DNA of 64,000 nt from Seison nebaliae (taxonomy: Eukaryota): positions 1-64,000 of the forward strand of contig JALJEE010001737.1 in assembly GCA_023231475.1 (NCBI GenBank). Reading direction: 5' to 3'. The notes beneath the pieces were generated by a model. It was not told the DNA's origin, did not search any database, and saw only the letters and a list, made by a program, of their open reading frames with translations. Below are positions 42,284 to 54,977 of the stretch, in pieces. Every line of letters starts with the position of its first letter. The first letter of the stretch is position 1. The translations under genes and the position numbers were made by a program.

Positions 42284-45270
42284 ATGGATTTTCCGGTAAC
42301 CATGGAAATGAGTGATAACATCGAGGAGAATTGGACGAATATTCCGAAACGATCTGCTACCGAATTTGACAAAATCGAGGAACCTCGTGAATTAAACGTA
42401 AAAAATGATAGATTATATACAAGTACTATAATTTCGAGAGTTGATGAGTTAACGACTCTCGTTGACCAGAAAATTCCAAAATATTTAACAAATTTTGAAG
42501 ATTTCGAACTGAATTCTGGAGATATAAAGTTTGAAAATTTTTCCGAGATTTGTTCCAAAATCGTGGTGCCTAATGAAAAAATTGCGGAACTGACTGATTA
42601 CCTTAAGTTAATAGCGAAGCATAATGTTGATTCTTCGAAATTCTCTTCTTCTTCTGATAAATATGAGCAGTGGATATATACAAATATTGAGAAAGGTTTA
42701 GATGAAATACTTCCGAAAGTCAGTTGTTGGCTCCAAAAACTTATGTGTCATGTGGCTTACGAATCTCCGTTTTCTCCAGATCGTTTTTCGATGTTATTTT
42801 CGATCCATTTGATTATTGATGGATTAGATAAACGGAAGGCAGCGCTCAAAGATGAATGGAAGAATCTTCTTCAAATTTTCATTTACAACAGATGGAAGTA
42901 TTGGTATTGTCAATTCATTAAATTATTACAAGAACGTTGTAAGCAGCGAATGAATGATAGTAACTTAACAATATATCAACCTCAAAATGAAACTGTAGTT
43001 GAACCGACAACATTCTCCACTAGTAATTTAACGAACAATTTGGATTTGAATCAAAACGAATTGACGAGTATTATTAGGGAGAGTCGTCAACTGATCGATA
43101 AGGAAAGTCAGCAAATATTTGTCGATTTTGAAAAGGAATTATATAATGACCAAAATCAGTTGATTAGTGTTATGTCAAACTTTCATGATATGTTGAAAAA
43201 TGAACCTAAGAAAAAAATAGAAAAATATGAAATTTTTATCAACAAAATGTTCTCTGGACAGTTGTGTAAATGGATTAAAAATGAACAGACTACAAACATT
43301 CCTCATCAATTTGGAATGAATAACAAAGATTTTTTCATCAACATTCTCCAATATTATCTCAACTCAATTCTTAGACAATCAAAAGTTGACAGTTGTCAAT
43401 CTTTTATTTTATCTTCGTTAATTATGATAAATTTAGATAATTTTCTTAAAGGTTCCTTACTTATATTTTAAAAATCTTTCTTATGTTTCCATATTATTCG
43501 AATGAACATTTTAAGATTTATATCAATATAATCGGAGTTCAATCGAACTCTATAATTTAGAGAAGAAGTTGGAAATCCATCGTATTGGAACAATCGATTA
43601 CTACGTAACTAAAATAACGAAAGAAAAATTATTCAATTCGAAAAGTATCATTGAAATTTCAAATAAATTATTAACGATAGACGAATTCAGGAAGGATTAT
43701 CTAATAATATTTTCAAAGCTCTTCATCGTAATCAAATTATATTTAAAATGCACAATCATTTCATTCAGTGAGAAAGGATTCAATTATTTACTGAATAACG
43801 ACAAATTTACCACGGGAATTTATATAACGGAATTCGATATGATCGTTATTCTTTTACCAAAACATATTTTATTGATCTATCTAAATAGATGACGCAAGAT
43901 TTCTTTGACGAATGGAAAAATATATTCGACAGATGGTTAACAGTGTTGAAGAAGGATCAGAAGAGTGAACTTAATAATCATGTAATAGAATATATTCAGG
44001 AATTGGAAGAATTATGCTGGAAACTACCAGTTTCCCACATTTTCTTGTAATTATTTCAAATACATAATTCTTTAGAATGTTAAAATAGAAATTTATCGAA
44101 ATTTATATTTATCCAAAAAATATGAAGTCAAAAAATTATTATTGTGCGGAATGAAATGTTCAGATATTTATCCTTCAGAAAATAAAAGTTCGAATTATTC
44201 GAAGAACATTATTTTAATGTTTAATTTTAGATTTCGATTTAATTTTCGAACACGCAATAGACTCGATAATTCTAGAACCAATTCGATCTAAATTGGAAGT
44301 AGAACTGGAGAATATTCACTCATTGAAATCAAATCGGTTGAAATGTCGTATAATTATGATCTATCTATCAATTCTCATTACTGTATTTGTTCGCGGATGG
44401 ATAGATTTGATATCAAACCTAAATTTATATTTCAGGTTATTGGGAACGAATTTTAAATATTTTTAATATCGATAAATTGCAGATCAAAAGAAACATATCA
44501 ATTTTTGGGACATTTCAATTTACTTAAACAAAAAATAAATTTTAATAATGCCATTGTAAACTATCATCCCGCTATGATTTACTTGCAAAAAATATGCGAC
44601 ATTCTGCAAAATGAATCAAATAATCCTCAAATGAATTTTCCCGACCCCCATGTTCACCAATTTTATTCTAATTCGAAAATAATGTTCTTTTTTTTAGAAG
44701 TTTAAAATCCAAAATTTTCTATTCCATCAAAATGATGATGATGACGACAATATTAGAATTCCAGTAACTACATCGGCCTCCTTACCATTGATCGCTACAG
44801 TGGAGTGTAAAGATATGTGGAAGAAGCTAAATTTATCGAAAATATGGAAAGTTGAAGATAATTGGTATCGATTGAGATCAGATCCAATTGAGGAATCTTT
44901 TTGTTTTAAAATTTGTTGTTTGGCCTTTTCAAGGAGAATAAATGCTCATAGTGAAGTGTATCCGAAGCAAAATTCAGATATCGAATCAAATCTATACGAA
45001 ACATTGAACAAACAATTCAAAGAAACACGAATTGAAAAATGTAAAAATATGTTGAATAATTTCGATAAAGATCTGAATAATGTTCGGAATAGTAAAAAAT
45101 TTTTCTTTTCGTTTTAACTATTCTTTTGGAATATTGAATACATATTTTTTGATTTACTTTTAATTGCTTGATGGAAATTATTCTCATTAATTCACACCTT
45201 TTCACAGCCATTCCGTTTTCACATACATTGTCAGATACTATGGTTTATCTCGAAACATTTCTGTAACTGA
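42284..45270 (+). CDS. Multi-exon (about 8) alpha-helical protein, possibly CCDC142-like (CATCHR-type fold)
   Basis: ORFs at 42284, 43569, 44505 and 44788 plus small exons link in frame through seven GTT..AG introns. VRGWIDLISNLNLYFRSKETYQFLGHF and NWYRLR...CC resemble CCDC142 C-terminal blocks from memory. Last exon uncertain. Confidence 0.55.
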
Positions 45271-45582
45271 TTTTAAAAATTTCATCTCCACATACGATTC
45301 CACCTCCACTCTACCTATCAACCGCGATTCCCTCGATCAATTACGCCTTTTTATTGACACAGAGGATGACAGCAACTTTTTTTCTTTTTTTTCATGTTTA
45401 GCCCGACGAGAATTTTAACGAATAAATAATAATAATAATTAATTCGTGAAAAAAGAAAAATTTTAATTTTGATAATTTATTTGAAATATAAACAAATTGG
45501 ATATGATGAAAAATATGAAACTTTCTTTAACAAATTTTTTAAGTAATTATGAGAAAATGAATGAGGATTTAAATGAGAGAAG

Positions 45583-48500
45583 TTACGAGAACATCGTTCT
45601 TTCACGTTTATGATGATATGTTGTTGGTTCAACTTTTTGTATGGAACTAGTTTGATGCTCACGTCGTTCCTTAATTTTTTGCAATCGATCGTCAGACGAA
45701 AGTAAAAAGTATTTCAAGTCGCGTACCGTTTTCGTATATTGTTGATTGTCATCATAGTAACTGTCATCTAATTGATTGACTTCATTAGATTTGTTCGGAG
45801 GAGAATTGAGTGTGGAAACATAAAACGAATTGTTGAACATATCCTTCTGATTGGATTGTTGTCGTCTCAATGAATTTTGTCGTTCATTCGTATAATTCAC
45901 CGGAGAAGAACGATTTATATTTTCATAGATATTCTTCGAAATTCCGTTAGCAGATTTCCTGTAGGATAAGGAAGAGGAACCTACGTAACCGGAAGAACTA
46001 CTGCTGATACTGGGAGATTTGATCCTTTCATCTGAGAGAATTGTCGAATCAATATCAGAAGTACGATAATTCCTTGTTCGATAAGTTTGAACTGGCGATG
46101 GTAATTTGATGGATTGTTTTTCACATTCCATAATTTCGATTTGACGTCTTTTCTCAAATCTGGCATTGTCGTCTTCAAAGCGAACTCGTCTTTCAGAACT
46201 TGTATTCAACAGATGATGAACACTATTCTTATTAGCAACGGACGAACATAAACTTCGATTCAATGATCTTATGTCATCAACTGATGGTTTTTCTGATTTG
46301 TTGTTCAAATCTTTCGATACAAAATTCAATGACATTGTGGATTGAGTATAACTTTTCCGTTGAGGAGTAGCGTATAATGCGATTGCAGCATCTGGTTTCA
46401 ATGATTTTGATAGCGATAAATTCGATTCACATAAAGTGTTTGGTAGAGATCGACGTATAATTCGATTTTGTTTCGCGAACAATTTTGAATTAGTCTTGTT
46501 ATTACCATCAGGAAACATGACTCGTTGGAATTTGGGCAACGGAGGGATTTCTAGCACTTTAGTTGATGATGGTTGTTTGGTAGATGTCAAAAGTCGAAGT
46601 TCCTTTAATAAATGTTCATTCTCTTTCTTCCTAGTGTCACATGATTGTATTTCTTTATAATTATTATTAACATGAACTTCCATCTTTCTTTTCTCATCAT
46701 CATCATCATGAGAATTTTCATGAATTTGCTTCATTGATAACTGATCATTTTTATCTTCATTTTTATTAGAGCATAATAACATATTATTTGATGGTTGATT
46801 GGTCGACTTACATTTATCATCGTCATCGTCAAAGAATGAATAAACGATACAAGTATCGTCGTTATCATTCTTCTTATTGGTGAACGAAGTCTCTTCAATT
46901 AAAGTGGAAGTCATATTAATCGAATTGTTTCTCGATTGATCGACGATAATTGTTGAATTGAGCGTGGCGTCATGTTGAATGACGGAGAAATTGTTATGAT
47001 TTTCTGGTGAATCGATTTCGGTTTGACTTGAAGAATAAATTATTACTGTATGATTGCTCGACGATTCACTTGTATTTAAAACATTCTGTTGTTGGAAATT
47101 AGTCGATTCAGTTTTTATGGAGTTCTGATAGACGTTATGGATCATTGGATATAGATAATACAACTCCTTCGGTATTATTGTCACTAACTCTGGTTTGTCG
47201 AAAAATTTATCATTAATTTGTTTCTTTATCATATCTCGTCGATTTGGTGTGTTTTCGCAAAAAGAGTTCTTGGAATTCTCACAATTATAAAAATCAGGAA
47301 TTACATTCTCTTTATCGTCAACGTGTAAAGACAACATGGGGAGATCAGGCACCAAAATCGGATCATTTCTTTTCTTTTCTTTCTTCTTCGATTCCAACAA
47401 CTGATCAATCAATGTCATCGTTTTATGATTTCCTGTTGGGATAGGTTCATTCTTATAAATATCTTCGTCATCAAATCGGTCGATTTTGAAGAAATTCCTA
47501 TTTCTCACTGGTGTCATTGCATCAGTAACATCATCTTCGTTATTAACAAATTTCTTTTTCGATTTTTCTTTTGAACAAATTTTCGATGAGCATTTATTAT
47601 TTGAATATTGAATATCGATCGTTCTCTTTTTCATAGCCTTATAATTGGAACGATGTTCATATTTGGCCAGACGTTGTAAATGATTGAATAATTTCTTCTT
47701 ATCGATTTTCACCTTAAAACGATTATGTTCGTTTAATGGAGACGAACTACTACTGGAATTGTTTTCTTCCTTATTTCGTTTCAACACTTTCATATTGGAA
47801 CTTACAATATTGTTTTCAGTCTTATTACTCTTTATACCTGATGATTTGATATTAATCGTTTCCGTTATATCGTCACTATTCTTCCGTCGAATCGGATGTA
47901 TTTTTACCGGTGTTCGAAGAGCCGCCAAACCCATATTATTCGATTTATATTTATGAGAACTTCGTCTTTTCGAAATTGAACGATGACGTATTTTTCCCAA
48001 TCTTCTTTTGTGAACTCGTTTCCTCTCAGAAATTTGGGGAGATCTTTTTGGCGGTGTTGGTGCTTTAATCGGTCTTGGTGGAATTGGTGGTGGTACTCGT
48101 TGTTGGAACTTACAATCAACAGGAGGACAATTCATATAATAATATTGACGACAATGATGTTGGTATTGTGTTGGATGGAAATGTTGAGATTGACTAGGAA
48201 AATTGTTATAACAATGACCATTATCATTCGAATTAGTTTGATGGGGATGATAAAAATTGCAGGTATTATCTACCGAATTAATCCCGCTAATACATTGGTG
48301 TGTTGCAGCGGCTGTTGCTGCTGCTGCCGCTGCTGCTGCCATACATTCTTTAAAACATGAACATGACTGATGTTGTTGTTGTTGTTGTGCCAAGAGCAAA
48401 TTAGAAAGAATTTGTTTAGATAAAATCAGTTGTTGTTCGGATGAGATAGAGGAAGTTGATGAAGAGGATGAGGGAGCGTTAGACGAAGAGGAAGACGATG

Positions 48501-48975
48501 AACATGATTTCACTTTATCATTCATCTCATACTGTTTATGTTTATTTTCTTGCTTCTTCTTCCGTCGTTTCTCACAACAACAACGTTTCGTCGAACTGTT
48601 GGAATTTGCACATTGAAATCCATCTCTCAAATGATGATTCTCCTTATCGAAGTACTTCAACTTCCTTTCACTTCTCAACACTTTCTCGTTTTGTATTAAA
48701 AATTGTTTCAACTTCTTCTTCGTGAAAGATGGAACGTGAGGAGACTCTTCAATTTGTGAATTGACATTATCCATTTCGCATTCACTGAAATTTGTGATGT
48801 TTGTTAAAGTCGAATCGATATTGGTATCGTGTATTTCTTCGAATTTTTTCGGTCTTGGAGGTACTTTTGGTAATCGTTGATTAGTCATAATATTCTCAAT
48901 ATTGCAATAATTCTCTTCTTTTCTTTGGCATCTCGAATTGGACGATCGATGAACTTTTTTTACTGACGATAACAT
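45583..48975 (-). CDS. 1130-aa uninterrupted ORF; low-complexity, predicted disordered protein of unknown family
   Basis: 3.4 kb stop-free frame with poly-S, poly-Q, poly-A and poly-D runs and proline-rich motifs. Confidence 0.8.
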   Translation of the reverse strand: MLSSVKKVHRSSNSRCQRKEENYCNIENIMTNQRLPKVPPRPKKFEEIHDTNIDSTLTNITNFSECEMDNVNSQIEESPHVPSFTKKKLKQFLIQNEKVLRSERKLKYFDKENHHLRDGFQCANSNSSTKRCCCEKRRKKKQENKHKQYEMNDKVKSCSSSSSSSNAPSSSSSTSSISSEQQLILSKQILSNLLLAQQQQQHQSCSCFKECMAAAAAAAATAAATHQCISGINSVDNTCNFYHPHQTNSNDNGHCYNNFPSQSQHFHPTQYQHHCRQYYYMNCPPVDCKFQQRVPPPIPPRPIKAPTPPKRSPQISERKRVHKRRLGKIRHRSISKRRSSHKYKSNNMGLAALRTPVKIHPIRRKNSDDITETINIKSSGIKSNKTENNIVSSNMKVLKRNKEENNSSSSSSPLNEHNRFKVKIDKKKLFNHLQRLAKYEHRSNYKAMKKRTIDIQYSNNKCSSKICSKEKSKKKFVNNEDDVTDAMTPVRNRNFFKIDRFDDEDIYKNEPIPTGNHKTMTLIDQLLESKKKEKKRNDPILVPDLPMLSLHVDDKENVIPDFYNCENSKNSFCENTPNRRDMIKKQINDKFFDKPELVTIIPKELYYLYPMIHNVYQNSIKTESTNFQQQNVLNTSESSSNHTVIIYSSSQTEIDSPENHNNFSVIQHDATLNSTIIVDQSRNNSINMTSTLIEETSFTNKKNDNDDTCIVYSFFDDDDDKCKSTNQPSNNMLLCSNKNEDKNDQLSMKQIHENSHDDDDEKRKMEVHVNNNYKEIQSCDTRKKENEHLLKELRLLTSTKQPSSTKVLEIPPLPKFQRVMFPDGNNKTNSKLFAKQNRIIRRSLPNTLCESNLSLSKSLKPDAAIALYATPQRKSYTQSTMSLNFVSKDLNNKSEKPSVDDIRSLNRSLCSSVANKNSVHHLLNTSSERRVRFEDDNARFEKRRQIEIMECEKQSIKLPSPVQTYRTRNYRTSDIDSTILSDERIKSPSISSSSSGYVGSSSLSYRKSANGISKNIYENINRSSPVNYTNERQNSLRRQQSNQKDMFNNSFYVSTLNSPPNKSNEVNQLDDSYYDDNQQYTKTVRDLKYFLLSSDDRLQKIKERREHQTSSIQKVEPTTYHHKRERTMFS

Positions 48976-51900
48976 TGCAAAGAAATGTCACCCAAAAAAT
49001 TAATATTTGCTAAAAATATAATCTGTTAATAAAATAAAAAATTGAATAATTATTTTTAAACAAAATTTTTATATATTTCAACAGTTACCAAACTGTCAAT
49101 TATATGTGAATCAAACGAGAAAATGTATCAGTTTTTAATTCTCATTCATCATTATGCTTCGTCAGCAATGATTACTTTCGTTTATTTGGAACATAATGAC
49201 TTTCGAATTAAGCTACAGACGATTAATGCATTGTCACACATCAACCACGAACTAATGTAGAATAAATGAAGTGAAATACCTAGTAGAAGGAAAATTCGTT
49301 TTATGGGAACAAAGTTCTATTCTCATGAATCAAGTATTTGTATTAGGAAACTCATCAGTAGCACATAAAATAAATAGTCATTAACAATACAATTTTGACA
49401 ACAACTGAACAGAAGAGTTTAATGAATGAAATTCACAAACTTTCCTCCTCATTTATCTAATTTCTTCCGAATAAGACACACAAGAAATTGACATTCCTTT
49501 CAATCGGAAATCACTAAGTTTTGTTAGAATAGTTCAATAAGAAAAAATTTTGGAGGGTTGACAATCGAATTGTAATTGAAACTCATCACATTCTGATTGA
49601 AAGTTTTCGGCTCAAAGACAAAAATTGAAGAGCTTCATGAAACAACGAAATTATATACCGAAAAGTGTAATTATATAATCCTCTTAAACATCAATCGATA
49701 TGTTCGGTTCTTGCCTTTAGTAAGTGGTTGTTAGAGCATTGAGGGAAATGGAGAAGAAGAATTGTAAAGGAAAGTTTGCAAAGTTTTCGGATTTTTTCTA
49801 AAAAATCATTTAAGAAATCGGTAAGGAACAAGAAGCAGATGATAGTGGGAGAATTGCATTCTCTCTTCTTTCTTTAATTGTCACGGCAATAGTGACAACA
49901 AAGAACAATTCAGTATGTGATGACGGCAGTAGAAAATAATTGGCTAATTAATAATGATTAAAAATGAGAGGAGAACTACAAAATGTTGAGGTGAATCGCT
50001 TGACAATTGAAACATATTCATTTGGTTAATTGATCGATATCGGAAATTGGAAGCTGTCAATTTCATTTAACTTTCGACAATTGATGAGCCCATCTTCAAT
50101 TCTATTCTACTTACGAGTTGTAGAAATAAAAATAAAAGGCACTTACTTCCAATTTCTAATAGTACTGTCTAGAATTGAATAAATTATATGATAAAGAAAA
50201 GGATGAAGGAAGATCAAATCCATCTTTCAATCTAATCAGATCATATAAAAAAGACTCTGTGTTTACTTTCATCATAGATTCCATGGCAATCGAATGAAGT
50301 GAATAGGAGACAAAAGAGATGAGTTCCATATTAGAATAAATCGGATAAACTCAACTGTTTATATTTGATGGCAACTAACTTCATTGACATCGATAAACAT
50401 TAAAGAATGAATGAGAATTAATGGAAAAATAATGATAATTTATTTCCTTTGCGAACTGAAGAAAATCTGAGGAATTTATAGAAATTTATGAATCTCTCCA
50501 ACTTAACTTCTCCTATAATATATACTTTCTTGCAACAATCGTGATATTGTAGTGACAACAGTTCAATTTGTATATATTATGCTACGCCTTAATATTTCTC
50601 TATTTTTCTTTCATTCGGCTCAGTGACAAGTGTGTGCAGTAAACGAACTTGACGAAGTGACACACAATAACAACAGATGTTGAATAGATCACTAGGATTA
50701 CAACATCAATAATGCAATAAGCCTCTATGTCAACAACACATGAAAAAGTAATTTCATATTAAATATGTTACTTAAAATATGGAGGAGAGATCCATCGATT
50801 GGGATTCGATGGGATTCATTGTAAACAAATCTGGATAGCCAACGGTCATTTACATTCATATGTTTCCAATAGAAACCGATTTATTTTTTATGTGATACAG
50901 ATAAATTTCTTAATGAAATTGTCATGAATCTATTAACCTCTCACGTCAAACATATATTTCCATAAATTATTTTATTTTGTTCGATAAATAATTTTATTAA
51001 AATTTTCCGTCATATCTACCATATAATAAAGTTTTATAAAAATATCTTTAATCTGCTTCATCTAGTCAATGATATTCATTATCGTACACTTTCCTCCATT
51101 ACCAAATGAAGAGTGTAGATACATATGAATAAATCGTATTACATATTCGTTAATGGAGGAAACTACTTGAGGAATCGTCGAGCAAATTTCGTTATCTGCT
51201 AAAATTTAATTAAGTGGTTGTCAAATAGATTTGGTGAATAGAACGAGAAGACAATGCAGCATATGTCGTTAAACATCATCACCTTTCCGTTGGTGGACGA
51301 AAAGGTTTTGAAGAGGAAATTTAGGGATTTCATGCAAAAGAAAGGAAGATATGAAATGGGAAAATAATGTCGTTCACTTCAAGTGAACGAGACGAAAGAA
51401 TAAAGTACTAAAAATATTGAGAGGAGTGTCGACGATTGCCGAAAGGAAGTGTCGTAAACGTCCGAAAATGACGGAAACGTTGAAGTCGAAAATCTTCGTT
51501 GTCATGTACATGAAGGGAAGGGAAGTGATGTTCACTTTTTCCTCAAAAAAAGTTTTATGGATTTATTTTAAATGAACGTTATTAATTCCTCCCCAACTCA
51601 TATGTCGGCGAATTATACGAGAAATATTTCCTCTAATCAGTTGAATGCAAGAGAAATGGAATAAAGAGAAAAATGTGAGAAAGAGATTCGCTAAATTTGA
51701 ATGAAATCAATAAAATTAATTATTTAAAAGAAAAAAACCTGCACAGATCCATTAAAAGGTATGTTGTAATAAATCCGCTAATAAATGACATATAAGAGAG
51801 GAATCTGTCCTCTACATCTGGTGTAATTAATTTGAATCGATTATTTTCTATGAGATTTGACTTTTTTTTAGCACATTTACTTTTCAATTAAATATTCAAC

Positions 51901-54900
51901 AGAATGAAAGTTGCCAAATGCATATTTGCAGAAAGGGGAAGACATCTGAACATATTCCATTTGTAAATGGAATGTGGTAAAGACAAACAATATATCCGCT
52001 TTCATCATTTCTGTTACGCACTTCTCGTACTCTATGAAGTCTAATGAAAACCGCAAAATGAATGGTTAACATTCATCACCTTCACTGTTTCATTGTTACC
52101 GAAAAGCATTTGTTCTTTTCTTAATTATTAATACTTCAATTAATTTCTGAATTTTCCAATCGAAATATGAGGAATTGGTTTATAGAGAAATGAGATTATA
52201 AATGAAGAATCTTAAAGGAAAAGAAAAACGTTTCCTGTCATTTCACCATGTCCCAATGGAAACCTTCATTCGATTCGTATAACAAACACCTTTACTAGTA
52301 ATTATAGGCAATGAATTAGCAGTTTCCGTCACTTCACAAACATGAAATACCCATCGCTTTTCTTCTGTTTGACTTGCACAGTATCATCTTGGTAAATATC
52401 TGAAGTGGAACAAATAAGGAAATTAAATGCGAGAAATTTTCCTTCGGCATCTTCTTATACAAGAAAGAAGGTATTAAAATAATACGGACAACAACTATGA
52501 AAGATAGATGAGCAGAACTGTGAGGAGATAAAGCACCTGATACCGAATCAGATGCGTAAATGAGTCGATCGCCGCCTTCTTCGATGAAACAAGAGAATAA
52601 GATCGGATCAGTCAAATAATCGTAAATCGTCATATCAAATATCGTTTTTCATTTTTTTTAACACCATCACTGATTTGAGGTGAGAAGACATTAAATATTC
52701 TGCTTTTCATATTTCGTCAACTATTTTATGAAGGAAACGTGACATAAGTTCGGGTCCAAAAAATGGGTGTTCCTATGTGATCTCAGATCGTAGAATCAAT
52801 TATCTGGAACGATTTCTTCATTGGAAAGATGAGCTACTTAATCGATACTTTCATGAAAAATGTAATAAGAGAAAAATGAGGAAATCGTAATAAAATCGAA
52901 AATGATGGTCATGACAACCAAACGAAGAAAAATCGTTTTTCATATATTTTGACACTTTAATAAGAGTGTCGAATAGTCGAAACGAGACAATGAACTTGAC
53001 ACCTTGTTCCATTTTTTAACGTCTACAACATGTAATTTCGTTGGAATTCTGAATTAGTATAAAACTTGCAAACTATTCACCAATTGGTGTACACCATAAT
53101 GGACAACCAGTTAGAAGAATGGATAAGTGTTAATAGGAAAGATTAAATGATAAAGAAAGAACGTAGTTTACTATTAAACTCGTTCGTGTAATGGCGATAG
53201 TTTGAATAGTAAACGAAATTAATTAGGATATATATGTATATGTATCGCTCGTAAGAAGAATTTGAGAGATATTCATATTGATATGGACTCCAAAAATATC
53301 TGTTAATTCGACAAATACTTAGTGGGTATCGTCGATCATTCTATGTTTTCGTGTGTTCTTCGGGCGAATGAGAAAACTATTGTTTTGTGGTTACATATTG
53401 GACATGTCCATGGTCCATTTCTTAAATAAATTAACATTCCATTATCAATGAGGTAAAGAAAGAAATAGTTTGTTTAACCGTAATTTTCATAGATAAACTC
53501 CTTCGAGATTTATCTTATCCCTAAGTAGATAACGAGCTTTCTGTATACAAAACACACCATAAAGGAGAATGTTTGTCAAAGTTATTTGCCTACGAGATAT
53601 TTGAGTAGTTAAGGATGGAATGTTTGATAAGAAGCCGAAAATATTTGTATACAATTCGCTTCGTCACTTTTGTGATGTGTAATTATCCGTAGCAAGAAAC
53701 TAATTTTGGAAGAACGATTCTCAGTAATAGAATACGAAATACTTTGAGTCTAATTTACCTAGTCCTATTTCGGATAAACTCTTCCCAAAACATCCATTTT
53801 TTGTCTCTAGGCTAACCACTACAGAAATACATTGTTTGTTGGCATCAAACGTTGAAATGGGAATGAGAGAACGTTCTGGTAGGATTATCGGATTGTGAAA
53901 CAATTGAATCAATCATCTATGAAAATAAAGCCGAAAATTAATGAAAATGGGAATGACTTACAAGTATACCTATTCTTCTCGATTATATTAGAGCATTCAT
54001 GTAGAAAACGACGAGTTAATTTCTCCAATTAATATGTCGTCTACTAAACATTGGTTCTTCCTCTACTTATTAATTAAAATATATTCAATCTTCTTCCGAG
54101 AAATGAATAGAAAATCTTCGGAAAATGACCGACTAAAAACTGAATTAACTTTTAAGTTCTCTAGTGCTCGTAAAACTGAAAATGGTTCAATTGACAATGT
54201 CTTGTTTATCACTTCATCTTTCTCAACCTATAATAATTATCCTTGTGTTAACGACATGTCGAATTCTTTAAAGGAATTGATTAATTCCACACACTAAAAT
54301 TTATCTTATTATGGCGAACAAGAATATAAATTGACCGGCCTAATTTTTTTACATTGACATTAACGTGGTTCCCGATAATAAATACTCTTAAAAAAATTTC
54401 ACTACTAATAAAAGTTGTAATTCAAATTTAAAAAGTTGAATAGAAATTCAATCTGAAGATTTCTCCATTTTAGATATTATGAATTATAATTCCCAAATTA
54501 ATATTACAAATTTTAAAACCGTTCAATTAATTTCTTTTAAATTGTTGTTAATTTAAAAATAAATAAAATAAAAATTTTTAAATGTATTCTGAATTTATCT
54601 TGTACCTAACTTTAAACTAACTTTTAATTCTAATTAATCAAAACGTAAATTAAGTATTATCATATCTAGAAATCTGTTTATTTTCTATTTTTGAGAAAAT
54701 AGGGAATCAAAAATGTTCTATTATTATTCTCTTGTGACGAGAATATAAAATGAAAATATTCGTATTATAATATTTTTGATTGAATGAAAAAGATTCGTTT
54801 CTAAAATGACTATTAAATATCTTTAATTGAATATTATCACAATTGGAATTTGAAGCTGTTTATTGCAGACGAGACTCCATTTATATTGAAATTAATCGAT

Positions 54901-54977
54901 GTGTAACTCAACCAGAATCTCGGAATCCAATTTCTAGTCTTCCTATAATTTCGGGAAATTTCACATAGTTGAAAGCG

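Noticed and set aside
47684..48725. Antisense ORFs overlapping long genes (also in Scribble, supervillin, COASY and OPA1)
   Set aside because: Shadow frames of low-complexity coding sequence with no motifs.
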